Notes: generated by a model from the letters alone, not told the origin. 52,286 bases of DNA, filler included, from Sphacelaria rigidula (GCA_964200075.2; 4 parts of 4 records of this genome joined end to end with filler, not necessarily neighbours in it), one strand, 5' to 3'. Numbered from the whole stretch's first letter, positions 13,142 through 26,494 are shown. Translations and numbers: made by a program.

Positions 13142-14322
13142 GGGGGGGGGGGGGGGGGGGGGGGTCCTAATTTCTTGCTTGCCTTAGTCGTTTGACGATT
13201 GACCACGCATCCCTTTCGAGAAAGAGCAACTGGGGGAGGAGTTGGGTTGATCTTGAGACCACATAATTGTTCCGACGAAACGTAGCAGTTGCAAGTGTAA
13301 TGAGAAAAAAAAAAATGGATCATAACGCCTTCCTTTGCTCAGTTTGGTTTATTCTCGTCGTCGAGTTTACTCTTGTCTCGGGGTTTCTCTTGTTTTCGGT
13401 TTTGTCTTGTATTCAGTGCACTTTCAGCATCGGTGTTCAGCTCCTGTGGAGCACCTGAGTGAAGCGTTCCTGCCCCCGTTGTGTAGCTCGTAGATAGCTG
13501 AGTCGCAACCCGCTTCCGCAGTCACTTTCATTTCGTTACTGAACGGCCTCCTTACCGGGAGCCATGCAGCAGGCGACGGGCTCATATGCATGACATAAAA
13601 CTATGCTACAAAAATGGGCTTCCGTGTTGGGTATGTAGATTTGCTTTTTCCAGCACCAGATCCCTGGACGGGATATACGAAAAAACATCATCTGTAAGTT
13701 CGGGGACTATGCACATGTCTTGTTTTGGATTCTTCGCCACAAGAAACGGACTACTCCGCTCATGCCCCTTTTCACTTCAGCGCATGTATTCTCTCTTCTC
13801 TTTTCCCAGCTTTCCCCTTTTGTCGTGTTTCCTCATCGAGTGTTTCGTTTTCACCTCGAGTGCATCCATCTTCTGATCACGGCTGAATTCGCACAGAAGA
13901 GAGTTGATTGATGTGCGACAATCGATTAATCGAACAATCAACGAGGAATGATCATGTCAACGGTGGCCCACAACTGCCCGTGTGGGATCTCATCAACCAT
14001 ACTCGCAAATTTCGTCCCACACTTACCGCACTGCGTCAAGTTTGGGCGACTTTTAAAAGCGTGGGCAATAGCTTCCATACTGAAGGATATGATACGGGAA
14101 CTCGTGTCGCCCAACACGGGCCAAACTTTGCCCAGCATGGGTCATGGTGTGCAAAGTATTGATCACAGAGTGGCTTCAAGGTATGGGCATACCTACACAC
14201 TGTAGCTCACACGGTCCTGGCATGGGCCGCAGTTCTCACGTGCGGCAACCACGATGGCAGGCTTGGGACATAGTGCGCTACGTGTGGCCAACACCTGCGA
14301 CAGTGCGGACAACATTCCCCAA

Positions 14323-14367
14323 AGGTTAGGGTTAGGGTTAGGGTTAGCCTAACCCTAACCCTAGCCC
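14323..14367. repeat. Interstitial telomeric repeats in inverted arrangement, (TTAGGG)n then (CCCTAA)n
   Basis: Sequence AGGTTAGGGTTAGGGTTAGGGTTAG-CCTAACCCTAACCCTAGCCC. Confidence 0.85.
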
Positions 14368-17300
14368 ATCGTGGTCACATGTTGGCAGCAGGACAAGGAC
14401 CAAGTCCGGCCGTCAATTTTCGATGCCATGTCAGGACACACGGATTATGCGAGTGTGACAGATACGCTAGAAAGTCACCGTGCAAAGCTCCCGAACGTGC
14501 CTACTCAGAGGGTGACAGGGTTGAGTTCGTTGCGGATCGCTCGTAAAAATAAACTGTAAAGTGCTTAGTTTTATCCAGTGCGGCAGGTGCGAACAATGGG
14601 GTAGGGGATCGATATGTCACCATGTATGTCAAGCTCAGAAAATCATCCGATATCTCGCAAACAGCTAGCCACCCCATGTTTCTCGGGGGGGGGGGGGGGG
14701 ATTTGCATATTTCAAAGTTTGTGGTGACCAATGATATCAAAAGTCTACGTCACGAACATATTTTGTTGAAAGCAGAGGCGCGATACTGCAACAGGAATCC
14801 CTTGACTGACATACAAACACATGGGGCTGATGTGTAGGGACAAAAACGGCATGAGCTTGGCGTTCATGAAGAGCTGCAACGTTGATGAGATAACTTCTGA
14901 CTGGTTTCCAGCAGGAATGCCCGATACACAGCCATCTGTGAGTACAGCAGCACATGCTGTCACAGTTTGGAGAGATGCGCAAACGCATACGTGAATGGCC
15001 ACACCCGCCTCCACATTTCAGGCATAACGGCCACCAGATTCCCATTCTTCGATGTGTCGCCACCACAACGCCGCGAAGCACGATCGTGTCGGGTCAAGAT
15101 GCGTGCCCGATCTGGCTGGAGCGCAACTAGACGCCGTACAGCAGCAAGTACCACATAGAATTGGGATCCAAAAACACACATGTTCAAACATCTGAAGCTA
15201 AGATCTGGGCCAGCCGAGAGACGGAGCTGTATGCTGTGGGCAATTCAGCAGCTCAGTTTTGAGGGTTGTGCTTTGAACTTTATTATGGGAAACCGCAAGG
15301 GGATGATGAACGTACGTGCTTCAGGACATGGATATTTTTTCATGAGTTAAGGAAAAAGAGCAATATCCAATACCCGCACAAACGGCCTTGATTCATGAAA
15401 AAAAAATCTTGATGTGCCGCATGCATTCTCCTTTTTCCATTTCGCCCTTGCGATACTTGATACCAAATGTTGACGCATGTATCGCAAGGGCAAAATAATC
15501 ATGATGCTTGCGGCACATTGGTGTTCTTCTTTCATCGGTTGAGGACGTTTTGGTGGAAAGCGGAAGTTTTGCGTCCTTGACTCACGAAAAAGAAATCTCA
15601 ACGTATTGAAGCACATTTTTTATTATACAATGACGATTCTCCTTACCAAATTTCGAAGCAAAACTCTCAAAACTAAGCTGCTAAACTGCCTACTAGAGCC
15701 CCAATTATGGGGTGGTCCCGCTCGTAGCATCAAATTGTTGGAAATATGCTGTCGAGTCATGCTCCCAAGGCCGCAAGTGTTCCCTCATCCTGCCCAAGCA
15801 CGAGAAAACGTCGGTATATATCAGGCTGCGTAACGCTACGCCGTTCAACTGGCGTGAGCGTACCGGAACCTACATTTGCTGGGCTTTACTCAAGGACAGT
15901 AGTTGTCGAGATAACAAGTGCACCGTGAGTGTTGAGTTGACTTGAGAGCATCCCCACCCGCCCTCCTGACCTTCCAACCCAAGACACAACAGCAGTATCC
16001 GCTCAATACGAGCTGGGTCAGCCTGAAAACGTACTTGAGTTGTCAGAGCCATGTCTCATCGAGGCAGACGAATTGGACCGTGATAGTCTCTTCTTGTTAA
16101 TCGTCCAATAAGGGGGCAGATGCTCATTTACTCAACAGTCCCATAAAGTACTTCCTCGTCGATTACACGTCATGCTTAGTACATCCCGAGACATGCAGAG
16201 CTAATTCGATGCTCAAGTCTACACGAAACCCCGTCACAACATAATCAGCGGATGATGCTGACTTTTGGGGTGAATATTCCGTGGGGTAATGCGAAACGAT
16301 CAATACCTTCACCGTCACCTAATTTGCTGTCTAGCGGGAGGTACGGCATTGCCCATATTTCATAGTACAGTCAATATATTGCACTAAATGAAATAAATCC
16401 GGATTTGCTGCCTCAGTCTTAGAATTGCTTTAAAATTTAGCATGGAGTATCGTAAGAGGGGGAAGGAGTGCACGCGGCACATTGAAAAAAACATGGCTGA
16501 AGGACACTTCTGTGAAAAATGGACGTTACTATTAGCCGCTAACTCGTCAAATTCAAATTGTGTGCTGGATGCTTTCTTTTTGTTTTCCCCTACGACTCTC
16601 CATACCTCATGCCAAAGCACAACTCTCGAAACTGAGGTGGGGAAATCCAGTTTCGAGCTCAAATCTGTTTCTTGAGTGGCTCAGCTTGTAGCTGAGATAT
16701 GTCTGAATCAAGTGCGGCCATCAACATGGGGTAATCCTAGACGCACACCACTCACTCAACAAATTTAACACACTTTTCAACGGTCGGAAGGTAACAAATT
16801 CACCACGTGGGCGTACACCAAGCAGGGTTGGCTCGATAGACACAAATAGGGCTAGCTGACTGGATATACATTTTTCAACGTTCCACAGCACAGTACGCTG
16901 TATAAGAACGCAGAGCATGATGATATTCCTCCAACAGAATTCCCCTCGTGATCGGCGTATCTACACGTGACCGCATCATTTCATGCGCAGTTTCAAAGCT
17001 GGTGTACTTGATATGCCATTGCCACGCACATGGCCGAGAAAACAAATTTGCTTCATTTTACGCGTGACTGGCTATTTTCACGTGTCCAGAATTTTACGCG
17101 TGTCATTCTTTGTGTCCACGTTCCTGACCTGGTTCAAAGATGGGTCATGTGGGAATCATACATTTGACATCTGGTCCAAGAATGGCCAGGTGAAAACTGC
17201 GCCTGGTTTGGTGATGGTCATGTGACATTTTTCACTCTTGTCGTCCGATTAAGGATATGGCCATGTGATATTCGTACCCGGTTTGAAAACAATACTGTGA

Positions 17301-17898
17301 AATCTTCACGCTTGCCGGCTGCTTAAAAAGATGGTCGTGAGAGAGCTTGCCTTGCACGTACAAGGCCTTGGTATCCTGGGGATTGCTGGGAGGAAAGCAT
17401 TGTCTGATAAAAGCTGCTCTGATTACCGTAGCACCAGATCAATTCCTGCGCCCCTCGTCTTAGCACTCACATGAACCCCGACATCTCTGAGAAACACCCA
17501 AGCGTTATGGCCGACCAACAAAAATAACTACCTTGGTTGCTACTGCCACTGTTGGCGATATTTCCCATTCGCCTCACAGTTTGATCAAACCACAGTGTGA
17601 GCCGCTGTGACCTCATGGGCTACAACATGGGTGCGGGTCAATTCGTCAAATAGTAGCAATCCCTGGTTGTCAGTATTTATGGCAGCCTCGAAAATTCAGA
17701 GAAATGGTGGAGTCTAGTTGAAATTCCTTTCTTGGGGGTCTAGAATGCGTAATGCTAGAGTGCGGAGGTCGCTGGTTAATAAAATCACCTTATTTACCTA
17801 CTCTACTTCAATCTGCGGCCAATAGGAATAACGATGAGGGACCACTAAAATGAATCGAACTATGCACTGAATTCATGAACAGGAAAGGCTGCGCTCAC

Positions 17899-20800
17899 CC
17901 ATCGTGGCATCCCCACACCAGATCTGGCCCCTTGCCCGCGTCTTCGCCTTCGCCTGGCAACGTAGGTAGCAAACAAGGTGAAGAAAATATTGGTTTCTTC
18001 CCGTCGGCGCAAACCCAAAGCCGATCACCATTTGCCGAAAAGCAGTACATTTTCCCGTTTACGCAACCCAGCACCAGAGCTCCCGTGGAAGCGCATACAG
18101 TGGGACTCGAAAAGCATGGCGCAGGAAGATGCTGCTCCCAGAGAATGAAGGGCCGTCCAGCGATACACCTCCCTGGGTTGTGTTCGGCCGCGCAGTGCAA
18201 CAGGTCAGCGCCCGTTATACTGTCACGATCCTTCGATGCGGGGGAGCGAGCGATCGCTAGTAATCTTCCTTTCGTCGTCGCAGCGTACACAACGCGTGCC
18301 TTCGAGTCGTGTGCAGGAGAAGCGAATAATGCGCCGCCGCAATCAAAGCTCCACAGGAGCTGACCGTCAACCTGGCGTAAACATCGCAACAACCCGTCGT
18401 GTGATCCGACCAAAACAGCGCCAACGCCAGGCGAGCTTACCCGCATCTCCGCCGTTTCTGGGCAACAACCAGGGCCAGGGGGGCCCTGATCATCGGCCGA
18501 CACAGAAACAGGGGTACATTTTATCACCTCTCCTGTTTCATGGGACCAGCGTACTGTTCCTGTTCTTCGACAAACAGCGCGCAGGCATCGGTCGTGACAA
18601 CCAACATAAACCAGAGATCCGTCCGACGAACAGCATGCGCCGGACTCGATGCGACCGCCCACGGTGAGCGCCCACTGAGACTCCCCCGAATCTAGGCTCA
18701 AGGAGCAAAATTTTCCTGCGTGAGAGCCAATATACACCATGCCATGTGTCGGGACAACTGGGACATTTTCGATCGCACGACCACTCCCTCCTTCGACAAG
18801 CAATCGGGAACCTCCTCTCGTCGCTGATTTCCTTAGTTGTAGCAGGCAGCAGCATGTACGAGACGTGAAACCTTCCACCGACGTGGAAGTGCGTTCTGCA
18901 GGATCACCGGCCAACAACCTGGAGGCGTTGTCTGTAGGGATTATGACCAGCGGAGTGGCATCGACGCATTTCGTCAGGCATCTTGACCACCGCCTTCTAA
19001 ACGCCACATGCTCGACTACTGCAGCGTCCTTGGTGGCATGTAACGTAGCAGAAGCTCCAAGACACTCTGCGGAGTGGAGTGTCCCAATTCCAGCCTTACC
19101 AACCGCCATAAATTGCGGGGTTTCTCTGACCTCGACGCCATCTACACTACGTGATTCTGGCTCTTCTAGGTGCCTCTTGACACCACGAGATGATTCCCTT
19201 CCTGCCCTGCCCACCGCGGGTGATGAAGCTATCGATAAACCGCGAGGTGGCAATACCGGCAGCTGCGGCGACGCCGCCCACGTTTTTGAGTCAGCCCTTC
19301 GAGCCCCGACATGTGAGGGCTCGAATGTGGCTTCCAACCCAAGTGCGGGTGGGCTAGATTTCTTCCTGGCATTATTTCTCGCCAGCAACACAACGTCGTC
19401 CAAAGTACCACCTAGAAAATCCGAAGCCTCCAATAGAGAACCTGACGAAGTGTTTTTGTTTTCTTCTGCCAAGAAGCGTGAGGTCAGCCATGCAGCTTCG
19501 ACGGCCATGAGGGATGTTCCCCCCAAATCTGTGAAGGACAAATCCGAGTGGGTGGGAGCCTCTGGTGCGTGCGTTCCAGCGGGCGGGGACCGTGCTATCC
19601 ACTCTGAGGTCTTCGAAAGAGAATCTGGGACAACTGAGTTGATTGCGCGTGCGATGCTTAGTCTAAGGGCGAGAGAATTCAGGGAGCTATTCGTCTCAAG
19701 TTTTGCGAGCATCGTAGGAGAATCCGTGTCAAATTTACGACCTAAACTGGCGGCAGGGCAGCCCTCGAACTTCCGAGGTTGACGTGTGCGATAGTCCGCC
19801 AACAAAGCTGCCTTATCCACCTGATGCAAAAATAGCACACGCATTTCAGCGCACACGAACATGTCACAGCAGCAGATTGTTGACAAAGGTCAGTAGGTGT
19901 ACCAGGAGGGGACACGGAAGTGCCGAAATAGTCATCTGCACGATGGGGTGCCATTTATGTCCACATTGCTAGTAGTGACGAAACAAGTGGTGATTCGGAC
20001 GTTACTCAGCGGAGATGGGTACGATCTCTCGAAGTCAGGTAACGCTCACCTTACCGGTTACCGTGAGAGGCAACCTCTCTTTGACTAGAACGACTTGCGT
20101 CGGACATTGCGCTACGCTCAATTCCCGCGCTAGTCTGCGCTTCAGCCTGTGCAATGACTTGTAGTCATCTGGTAGCTCCTCTTCAACGAAACAGCCAAGA
20201 AGATGGCCACGATCGGGATGGCTCGATACCGATGTTGTCCCCAACCCATGTTTTGACGCTGACGTTTCCTCGTTGTGTAGCACGTCGGGCAGCCCTGGGT
20301 CCCACACAGCCGCGAAAGCATCAGCCGGCAATTTCGTGGCACGACACACCACCATCTCAACCACTTCGAGCGAAACGCGCACTCCGCGAACCTGGACCTG
20401 TAACGACAAACGGGTGTGGAGGGGTTGAGACGAACATGCGTAGCCCCGACCCGTGTTGCGATGCCTGTGAATACCTCTACTGAAGATTACGTGGAAGTTA
20501 GACGGCGAGGGTGATTTCAACGACCGATGGTCGATGTACACGCCTAGCTACAAAGACACAGGTGGTGCAATGACCAAGACGCACATATATTGCAGCACGC
20601 TAGACGTGTGTACTCGGCCTACAACAGCAACAGAGGACCCTTCCACAAGATTGCTTCTCCTTCGGGAAACCCGTATCACGCGGGCTGCTCACCTCGCTAT
20701 CCAATCTGCCAAGCCAAAAAAAAGGCCCATTGACAAAGCTCTGGCGGACTCGATCCCCCGTCCGGACAATACGCCCCGCCGGCATCCCAGGAATGTGTAG

Positions 20801-23800
20801 CCCCCCTTCAACACCTCGGCCAGCGCTGGCATCAACCGAACGCAAAAACTTGTGCGCCATTTCTGTCGGCCGGTTGTGGTAACCGAGTGCCACCCCAACT
20901 CCACCCACCAATAGTTCTCCTGCTTGGCCTAATGGCACCGGGTGCAGGGCTGGATCTACTACAGAGGTGTACACGTTAGGAAGCGGTCTTCCAATAAGAA
21001 CGCCCGTTTCCACCGTATTCGCTGCGTTTCTGCAACCGCTTGGTTGTGGCTCATGTGGAAGAATATCGTCCAAGGTACAGTACGTGGCATCGCCGGCTAC
21101 CTGATCCGTGGGGTTGGGCGCCTCATTTAATTTGGAAAAATAAAACCAAGAGCAAGCGCGTTACGATAATTTGCCACGAGTATCTTCGAATGCAGTCGAG
21201 GAGAGGGCAAATTGACGACACACCAGCGTTTCATATTTTATGGCATACAACAGTGGTCATGCTCCGGGTCGGCGCACCAAAAACGGGGAGACACATTGGC
21301 CGGGACTCGGAAAAAGCAAGCCATTCCCAAATTTGGTTCAACTACAAGTACGGACAACGTGGCAGCCCACGTTTACTACGACGAAGCCTGCCTGACTGGT
21401 TGCGGCTCGCGGAATGTTTCACTCGCCTCAGTGCTGCCGTATAGGTTGACCAGCTGGGCGCCTGGAGCAGCTTGTTGCCGAAATCTCACAGCAAGATCTG
21501 CGTGCAGAGCTTCGCCGCTGACGAACCATGTCTGAGGCACGTATGATAAGTTAAATCGGCAGAATATGAGTGCCCACAATCATCGTTCAAGACCTTGGAG
21601 TCACAAAAAGACGGATCACTTGTGAGGCACTATGTTTGAGGAATGGGTTCGACTCATATCGCATGCGTAGCCTCGGTTGAGGCGCAGACCTTGATATTGC
21701 ACGACTCAAGCCCAGGGAATGACGTCGAAAACACGGATAAGCACAGAGTCGCTGACCTGCTCGAGCCTGATGCGTAATGGCAGAAAGTACGGTCCACATA
21801 CCAGCAGGTTCAATCTTTGTGATCCACGGCTTGCATCGCGACAACGACAACGTGCAGCACGCCCGTAAAAGTTCAACACAATTTTGGAAAGTGCTGTCCA
21901 CGATTGACTTGCTCACATGCAAATGTGGGAGCAAGGGCATCGGCAGTGTCTCCGCCGTCCTCAGCAAAGACGAAAGTAGGGACGGTGTCAGGGTGATCCG
22001 CGATACTCTGGCTTCGGACAAGATCGGTACAAGTCGCAGAGGGTCCGCCACCGCATCCGCACCAGGTAGGAACAACGGAATTCCGGCTAAAAGAGGCGAG
22101 AACACTTCGGCCACAAAGTCCACAAAACACGATGGGGTGCGCCTACACTTCAGGAGGGTTGAAAGCAAGTTGGGGAGGCGAAAAAAGCAGGACGTAAAGG
22201 CGGTAGCTATTCGGGGGCATAATTGGAGGGAAAACAAATTGCCTTGTTGGGATATGCAGGATAAAGGAAAAACACGCAGCTACGCCGTCAATTTAGTGCT
22301 TCTACCGCAGTAGTAGTGAATATTGTCACCTATCGAAAAAATCGCAGGCGGACCGCAAGATGGTGCAGGCTAGACTGCACGGATGTGCAGGATGCTTTGG
22401 ATATGCTAGCCAACGGGAATCAGCCGGGCGATATCACACGACTGCCCAGAAAGACAACCACACTTTACGCTCTAGGACAAACCGCACTGTGACCGACGCG
22501 AGACCTCAACACGTGCATGACAGTTGCACAAAAACATGGCACGATAACGACAGAACGGCATACACATCGCATGAACGGATCACCTGCAAACGAGCTCTCC
22601 AGCAGGGTGAAAGGGGAACGCGTTCCAACCGAAACGAATACGATTGAGAGCGCCCGACCGCGTACCCCGCACTCCCTTGGGCTTCGCGGTGCTTCCTGAT
22701 GTGTACAGAATATACAACAAATCATCCTCCTCTTCGCAAGAGGCAACACGCGCACTTTCGGTCCCGTTTCCGTCGCCCAGGAATCCTGGGTGAATGGTCT
22801 CATGCACCAGACGCTGTTTCACGTCGAGCTCACCTCGTTCACCTAGTTCACCTATCGATCCCTCCTTGGCTACAGGTCGTAAACTTGCTTCCGAATTAGC
22901 ACCGGCAGTGTCCGCGCACATCTGTGCGACGGCAGTAGTAGCAGCATCACGTGCAGTATCCACCGGCGTCGCAGTTGTGCCGCGTTCAGAAGGCGGAGTA
23001 TTGTGGGACGACCTCTTGCAGTCAGCTTCGTCTCCATTCTCGCTCGACTGTGCACGCTCCTTCACCCGCCCATGGTTGTCTACTTCGACAACATGGCAAT
23101 TCGACAAAACTGACAGGACACTTCCCGTCACCTCTTTCGCATTTTCGCTCCTAGGGTCCGCTCCAGGTTGGTACTGTGCCTCCCCTCCTTCCATCGACAG
23201 CACAATGGCGTTTGGTTGAGCATCCTTCATCACCTCCGCACGGCGTGAGGCCGGCAGTTTGTCGTCGATGGGGACGAAGCAACCTCCTATCAATACGACC
23301 GCGAGGACTGCACATAACTCAGCCACCTGAGAGGTGCACGCCACAGCAACGACAGGCCTATGGCGGGTGCCTCGTTCGGCGAGAGTTTTTTTTATCGCGA
23401 CAACTCGGGCATGGAGTTCGGAGAACGTGACGATCTTCTCCTGAATGGGCGGTTTGGGGACAGTTCAATGTGCAAATAGACCCAAGTCATGCTATAAATA
23501 TCGTGTTGGGAGAACGTTGATCCGCGATTCATAGTGTTGGCGACCAGACCTCGCATGATAGCATCAAAATATCTGCGGACATGCGGAACTGGTGCTCAGA
23601 TCAAGCTCTTGCTCGCATTTTAGAGTAGCAGTGCTTACCGCAACTGTCGCGAGGGAAATGTGTACAGGAAGTCCATATCAGAGATAAGGACACACTTTGA
23701 GCGTATTCGTTCCAAGGGTCACTTTACGAAGACTCTAGGCACACAACAAGAGGCGTGCGCCACCATCAGGCCATTTACATGTGACAAAATACCGTACACC

Positions 23801-23850
23801 TGTACAGCATGTGCTGCCGGTTCTGAAACCGAGGCCACCGTTTGGAACAT
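17899..23850 (-). CDS. AASDH: AASDH/ACSF4-like NRPS-like enzyme (adenylation domain + peptidyl carrier domain + PQQ-type beta-propeller), probably 3'-incomplete
   Basis: Exons 23850-23800, 23440-22584, 22142-21917, 21531-21427, 21100-20693, 20397-20050 and 19820-17899 join in phase (~1305 codons). Adenylation motifs: VTFSEL, YILYTSGSTAKPKGV, SGE, NLYGSTEVAGD, RTGD, GRLDSEVQVRGVRV, LPLTVTGKVDK. Phosphopantetheine site FTDLGGTSL. Propeller repeats: WSRCLTKCVDATP, VYIGSHAG, GGRIES, VYVGCHD, IKCTP, LVGSHDG, FASP, FSSP. The first exon is tentative. Confidence 0.9.
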
Positions 23851-25786
23851 CCTCGTACAAATGAAGAGATTCGCAAATTAAACCTAAGCCTAAAAGTTGC
23901 CACTCATGCGCTAGGTTTCACGAAACGACACTACAATACTGCACTGGTGGACTGGCTGTTTTACACCCGCCGCCTGAGTTGGCACCCTGGGATGACCAGA
24001 ATTTTCGGATTGGCTACGCTGCAAAGCTGGGGCTACGGCGATGTGATAGTTTAACTTTGTAAACTCCGCTGCCAACAGGGTAGGCCATGGAGTTCAGAGT
24101 TGAGGGAGGGACACGGAGCTCGGTGGCGGCTTGCTAGGAGACAGACTGCTGTGTTGTCTGTCCTCATGTCCGAACGGGAGAGGATATCTTCGAATATTTA
24201 TGGCGTCAACCAAACGCCTACGACGTGAGTTCGCAAGACAACTAGAACTTTTACATTGGCAAGGCTGCGAAGCCGGAGCTGCAGCGATGAGCTGTTGTGA
24301 CTTTGCAAAATCTGCTGCGGAAACGTTCAGAGCTGGGGGAGGGATATGGAGCTCGGTGATTTGCTGCGCTTCAGGTTAGAAAGAGGGGTCGAGAAATAAC
24401 TCATTGACCATCCATGTGGAAGCTTATTTGTTTCTGCATTTTCTGGATTCTGTCCATGCATCGGCTCACGCAATGACCTCGGCAACGCCATGTTGTGTTC
24501 CTCCGCACATCGCCCCGAAATTCTTCTATCTTTTAAACCAGGTCTGAGACTTAGGGTTCGGCTTAAAGTCTTTTTCCTTAGGTCCAGTGCTTTTCCCGGA
24601 AACCGTCCGTCACGCGAGTTGAGGCAGTGTTACTTGGAGTGAGTGGGTGCCATGGAATTGGATGAATCGAGATGATCACGCGTGAAACTTTTACTTGCTA
24701 CTTGAAGGAGTCAAATGGACACCCCGGCTCGAAGGCCGAATGGGGAAGGATATTCATTCGGTTTCCGTACGTTCAACATCACATCTGGCCAACCTTCCTT
24801 TCCCGGGTGCCAGTGCTGCGGCCAGCTCGTGTGGGGATGCTTGATGACAGTGCTGTGCAACTCAGACTAAACAAGGTCAATGTCAGACCACTGCACTGTA
24901 CTGTATGCAAGCAGGCATTTACCTGCAGTACAGACAGTGCAAGCCTGTTGCGTGCGCTCTTCCAAAGGTAAGATCACGACAACATGACGCGGGACTGTCA
25001 GCAGGAAAAACTATACCGAAACGAGGCCCGGAGCTCAAAGGTTTAGCAGAGGCTGTCACCTCTACAAATCTTCGTCGCAATGAAAGCTATCCGCACCCCT
25101 TCGACCGATGAGGAGTGATATAAGCCTCACCCAATCCCGAACTTGATACAGCGGAATCTATAACGTTCTCGACCATATCGTGGTAGAGTCCGGTCCGGTC
25201 CTACCGTGTACTGAGGCTCAGTGCATTGCATTTTTGTCTGTACGATGTACTGCTGCAGTCGTACCACTCTGATCATACCTCGCCATCGATCTTCAAAGCT
25301 ATTTCCTCTGGCCTGTGCGCTACCTGTTGCAAAAAAAGTTCGGCAAGAATGCAGGATGCAATTGGGACCACCATCCTAGTTGCCACCCGTGCTCAACACA
25401 CGCAGTGTTGCAGGGACGGATGCGCTGGCTGCGGAGGGAAGACGCAGCTGCAGTCTCAGTATTTTCAGTTATCATTTTTGTTCCATGGGCAAGTGATCTG
25501 GCCTGTCGATGGAAAGCCTGTCAAACGGAGCGTTGAGAGCGCTGTCAACTGCGTGCTACGGCACTCACATTATTTGAAGCTAGCGATATCAGCCGGTAAA
25601 CCGTGATCATATATGGGCACACAATATGCCACATACAGATACAAATTAAAATCCAAATATCACCGAGTCAAGCATCGAGCTGGTGGACAAAAAACATTCC
25701 GCTCACGAGCGAGACACAGACAGCTCGGAGAAGCTGTTGTTGGGTGGGGTTGTCCCTGTCCCTCGTCGACCGTGAAGTCGATTTTT

Positions 25787-25926
25787 TTTGCGTACCCACG
25801 ACATATAGTCCTTCTCCACTGTTGGGCATTGTGTGAAAAAAAATCCCAGATCGCTCCGAGATTCGAACCCACAACCCAATCGTCAGAAGGTTTCGAGGTT
25901 ACCAACTTAATCGCCGGGGCGACCGG
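25787..25926 (-). mobile_element. tRNA-derived SINE-like element, copy 1
   Basis: The minus strand reads CCGGTCGCCCCGGCGATTAAGTTGG...GTGGGTTCGAATCTCGG, with Pol III A-box-like and B-box motifs and a non-tRNA tail. A second copy is at 26354-26494, on a different contig. Confidence 0.7.
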
Positions 25927-26097
25927 TGAGTTATGTGTGCGTGTGTGTGTGTGTATGTGTTGTCGTCCCTTCTATTCTGGACGCCGGTCTACACCTTTCG
26001 GTATACGTGGGCGCACCAGCCGGGGTCACACAGGAGGAAGGTCAACACAGGAGCTTTTTTGTTTTTGTTTGTTTTTAGTACCCCACCTTCATTCTGC

Positions 26098-26197
26098 NNN
26101 NNNNNNNNNNNNNNNNNNNNNNNNNNNNNNNNNNNNNNNNNTTAATTAATTAANNNNNNNNNNNNNNNNNNNNNNNNNNNNNNNNNNNNNNNNNNNN
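26098..26197. other. Artificial contig linker (N44-TTAATTAATTAA-N44)
   Basis: Same 100-bp linker. Confidence 0.97.
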
Positions 26198-26244
26198 GCC
26201 AGCGCGCGCTGGCTGTTCAGCTCAGCAGTCAATCGGTTTCTTAA

Positions 26245-26342
26245 CACTTAGACCGAGAGATTAGTCTTCCTGGATCATGCATACTTGTTTTCACTCGAAA
26301 TTGATGCCGATTCAACGGCAGACTAACCTCGCGGTCTGAGGG
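26245..26342. mobile_element. piggyBac-type MITE (98 bp), copy 1
   Basis: TTAA at 26241-26244 and 26343-26346. TIRs CACTTAGACCGAGAGATTAGTC / GACTAACCTCGCGGTCTGAGGG. Confidence 0.8.
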
Positions 26343-26353
26343 TTAACTCGAAC

Positions 26354-26494
26354 TTTGGGTACCCACGACATGGTCGCTCTCCACTGTTGTTGGGCATGGT
26401 GTGAGAAACAAGCCGAGATCGCTCAGAGAAATGAACCCACGACCCAACCGTCAGAGAGTCCCGAAGTTACCAACTGAGCCACCGGGGTGACCGG
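26354..26494 (-). mobile_element. tRNA-derived SINE-like element, copy 2
   Basis: The minus strand reads CCGGTCACCCCGGTGGCTCAGTTGG (A box), then a degenerate B box GTGGGTTCATTTC. Colinear with 25787-25926. Confidence 0.7.

Noticed and set aside
13045..13323. Poly-proline ORF and other ORFs containing X
   Set aside because: Produced by poly-G at a contig edge and by the artificial linker.
18739..19782. 347-aa plus-strand ORF (also 17875-18363, 21777-22313, 22794-23219)
   Set aside because: Antisense shadows of AASDH exons, with no independent motifs.
24090..24492. Upstream coding exon of AASDH
   Set aside because: Short frames with stops and an internal duplication (CACCGAGCTCC...CTCTGAAC twice on the minus strand). 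No adenylation-domain similarity.
25840..25926. Functional tRNA gene
   Set aside because: I could not build a complete cloverleaf. Two diverged copies share a non-tRNA tail, which fits a SINE.
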